From positions 6,979 through 70,978 of the forward strand of contig CAYZZS010000001.1 of assembly GCA_964483035.1 (NCBI GenBank): 64,000 bases of DNA, in the 5' to 3' direction. Below are positions 61,745-64,000 of the stretch, piece after piece; the stretch's first letter is position 1, and each line of letters opens with the position of its first letter. The translations under genes were made by a program, and so were the position numbers. A model generated the notes under the pieces. That model saw only the letters and a list, made by a program, of their open reading frames with translations, did no database searches and was not told the DNA's origin. The DNA is from an uncultured Candidatus Saccharibacteria bacterium. GTDB lineage: Bacteria > Patescibacteriota > Saccharimonadia > Saccharimonadales > CAYZZS01.

Positions 61745-62956
61745 CTATCTGCCGAGCGCAATCAGATGGGCGCTGATGCCCGGATACTCAGCCTCCAGTA
61801 CTGCCAGGCTGGCAAGTAGCTGGCGGTTCATACCGGAACGCATCAGGCGCGTTTCCGACGGCGCCACCAGGTGGCCGCTCAGCGCTGCTGCCATATGCTC
61901 TGCGAATCCTTCCGCCTCGTTTGTCTCGGCATAGCGACTGATATTGCGAGGATTATGAGTGACACGTACTGCAAAGAGCTGGCCGAAATAGTCCCTCTTT
62001 GCTGCCCGGGCTGATGTGCGGTCAAGTTTTTGCGGGTCGATAAGATGCGCCAGTTCATGGTTGGGTGTGGCGCTGTTCGCTCGATTCGACGCAAAGAAAT
62101 TCGATATGGCATCAGTAACATTTTCCCCCGGTATAGTATTGTCGTGAACCGATAGGCGCATGGACTGTTCTCCGCAGTTCACGACTGCTTCACCGGAAAT
62201 ATTGTGATTTAGGCTGGAGTACAGCTCCAGAAGGGTTATGCCATGGTCAGCAAATAATGATTTTGGCAAATGCGCAAAGTTGTATATGAGGTTATTGCCG
62301 AAAGCACGCCATGTCTCGACGGCTATTTCTTCAGTTATCACATCTTCGTTATACGAGGCTCCTTCGAACCCCGCCTCTGTGACGATGACCTTTACACCAA
62401 AGTGAGCCATGAATAATCTGATAACTTCCAGTGCCTGATGCGGTGTTTGTGATGAGTTGATGGCTTTTGAAAAATTCTCAACTGCATTTATTGGCATTAA
62501 GTTCGACTGATACTTTTGGGCGAATTCCCGGCTCAAAGGCTCCAGTGCTTGTCTACCGTCAGTGTTCCATGTCTCGTAGTTGCTCGCTACTCGCTCCAGT
62601 GCTGCAATGAAATCCTGTCGGATTCTTCTCCTGCGCTCCTGCCAGTTTGCGACGTATTCCGGTGAAGTGAATGAAAGTCTTTGAAAGCACTGCTGATAGG
62701 CGGGAGAATCACTCTCCGGCTCCGCAGGTATACTGTATGTCAGCTCGAGGCTGCTGGCATGCATTATTTGCGACCGCACATCGTCGCCTGCCAGTGCTTG
62801 ATCGATAATGCCGCCTGACGTATTGCCGAGAAATATGAGTGCCATTGTCAATAAGAAGGAAAAAGCGAAAACGAGATGTATCACGTGTTGGCGGAAGTAG
62901 GGTGATAGTCGGTGCATTGTAAAAAAATATACTACAATATTATAAAATTCATGCAA
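61745..62956 (-). CDS. Hypothetical membrane-anchored protein with gluzincin-like HExxH...NEA motif
   Basis: N-terminal TM helix. HELAH is followed 47 residues after the first His by TNEAEGFAEH. The start is probably the ATG at 62917 rather than the TTG at 62956. Confidence 0.55.
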   Translation of the reverse strand: MHEFYNIVVYFFTMHRLSPYFRQHVIHLVFAFSFLLTMALIFLGNTSGGIIDQALAGDDVRSQIMHASSLELTYSIPAEPESDSPAYQQCFQRLSFTSPEYVANWQERRRRIRQDFIAALERVASNYETWNTDGRQALEPLSREFAQKYQSNLMPINAVENFSKAINSSQTPHQALEVIRLFMAHFGVKVIVTEAGFEGASYNEDVITEEIAVETWRAFGNNLIYNFAHLPKSLFADHGITLLELYSSLNHNISGEAVVNCGEQSMRLSVHDNTIPGENVTDAISNFFASNRANSATPNHELAHLIDPQKLDRTSARAAKRDYFGQLFAVRVTHNPRNISRYAETNEAEGFAEHMAAALSGHLVAPSETRLMRSGMNRQLLASLAVLEAEYPGISAHLIALGR

Positions 62957-63022
62957 GAATCCTCACATCACTAAAGCAACAATTCTTGTTTTGTGACTGA
63001 ATCTATAGGAGAATAAGACATC

Positions 63023-64000
63023 ATGGCTCTCTCTATGCAACCGTATAAAGGTGCGCGGGACTTTTACCCTGAAGATAAGCGTGTACAGAAGTACATGTTT
63101 GGTATTATGCGCACGGTCAGCGAGAAGTTTGGTTACGAAGAGTACGACGCACCGATACTTGAGCCCTTAGAGCTATACCTGGCCAAAACCGGTGAAGAAA
63201 TCGTCAATGAGCAGGTATATGCCTTTACTGACCGCGGCGACCGAAGGGTAGCGATTCGCCCTGAGATGACGCCGACAGTGTCACGCATGGTAGCCGCCAG
63301 GCGACAGGAGCTGGCGTATCCGCTTAGGCTTTACAGCATACCGAACCTTTGGCGCTACGAGCGGCCGCAGCGTGGCCGGCTTCGGGAGCACTGGCAGCTG
63401 AATGTTGATATTTTCGGTGTCGCTGGCCTGGAGGCGGAGATGGAGGTTATTGAACTGGCTGATTCCATCATGAGGAAGTTTGGGGCCAAGCGCTCGATGT
63501 ATACCATCAAACTTAATAGTCGTAGACTCATGGATACAATACTTCGTGAATATTTGGAGGTAAATGAGGTTCAGGCGCACACACTCAGCAAGCTGATTGA
63601 TCGGATGCACAAGATGGATCCGGCTGCATTTATCGCGGAGGCAGATGCAGTGTTCAGTCCGTCGCAGCGCGATAGCGGCGCTGGCAACAAGTTCTTTGAA
63701 CTACTAAAAGTCGAAACACTAGATGAGCTACCTGAGGGTGTACGATCCCATGCATCCGTGCTGCAGCTCCGTGAGCTTATGGAGCTGCTGACCAATTCAG
63801 GCATCAGCAATGCCGTATTTGATATTTCCCTGATGCGGGGGTTTGATTACTACACTGATATCGTTTTTGAGGTGTTTGATACTCACCCTGACAACAACCG
63901 TTCAATATTCGGTGGCGGGCGCTATGACGGACTGGTGGGACTATTTGGTGTTGAGCCGGTTCCGACGGTTGGATTTGGTCTCGGTGATGTTACCTTGGAG
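63023..64000 (+). CDS. hisS: Histidine--tRNA ligase, 3' end cut by window edge
   Basis: Open frame from the ATG at 63023 to the window end. Class II HisRS motifs (RGARDFYPED, AIRPEMTPTVSRM, LWRYERPQRGRLREHWQLNVDIFG, GGGRYDGL). SD AGGAG. Absent from the ORF track because there is no stop. Confidence 0.88.
   Translation, partial: MALSMQPYKGARDFYPEDKRVQKYMFGIMRTVSEKFGYEEYDAPILEPLELYLAKTGEEIVNEQVYAFTDRGDRRVAIRPEMTPTVSRMVAARRQELAYPLRLYSIPNLWRYERPQRGRLREHWQLNVDIFGVAGLEAEMEVIELADSIMRKFGAKRSMYTIKLNSRRLMDTILREYLEVNEVQAHTLSKLIDRMHKMDPAAFIAEADAVFSPSQRDSGAGNKFFELLKVETLDELPEGVRSHASVLQLRELMELLTNSGISNAVFDISLMRGFDYYTDIVFEVFDTHPDNNRSIFGGGRYDGLVGLFGVEPVPTVGFGLGDVTLE

Noticed and set aside
1-64000. Alternative genetic code (UGA recoding, as in some CPR lineages), CRISPR arrays, transposases, integrases or prophage genes.
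   Set aside because: Long housekeeping ORFs close cleanly on TGA/TAA/TAG under code 11, and several ATGA/GTGA overlaps use TGA as a stop. No tandem direct-repeat/spacer pattern was seen, and no ORF has transposase, integrase, capsid or terminase-like motifs.

Overview
The window is a densely packed, mostly co-directional bacterial chromosome segment under the standard code, with about 60 protein genes. Operon-internal junctions commonly overlap by 4 nt (ATGA or GTGA). The content is almost entirely housekeeping: pheS/pheT, tyrS, hisS (3' end cut by the window), gatC-gatA-gatB, uvrB, dnaE, recG, radA, rnhB, nusA, clpC, rplS, a PBP1A-type peptidoglycan synthase and a PilB-type ATPase. There is a tight sugar-phosphate block (gap, rpiB, rpe-like, split transketolase, class II fba, PfkB kinase) and a small redox island (glutaredoxin-like protein, trxB, membrane-anchored cupredoxin, FNR-like flavoprotein), with a VKOR fragment at the far left edge of the window. 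An ABC exporter sits next to an RND-type permease, and several membrane or secreted proteins of unknown function are present. The gene content and style (split transketolase, GatCAB, many small TM proteins, CAP-domain exoprotein, no respiratory genes seen) suggest a reduced-genome Patescibacteria/CPR, Saccharibacteria-like organism; this is inference only. I saw no rRNA, CRISPR array, transposase, integrase or obvious defence island. The one region that ordinary annotation does not explain is the 770-bp non-coding island at 6561-7331. It holds a 184-nt tRNA-like element with a canonical acceptor stem, D-stem and T-arm but an interrupted D-loop and a hairpin-extended anticodon arm. Directly after it lies a roughly 290-nt, heavily base-paired and pseudoknot-capable RNA candidate that ends in a clean intrinsic terminator. 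I could not assign either to a known RNA family by eye. A second, genome-style observation is that at least a dozen operon-leading genes carry a TATACT/TAGAAT/TACAAT-type -10 hexamer 6-8 nt upstream of the start codon with no Shine-Dalgarno, implying leaderless mRNAs, while internal genes use strong AAGGAGG sites. One canonical tRNA-Leu(UAG) is present.
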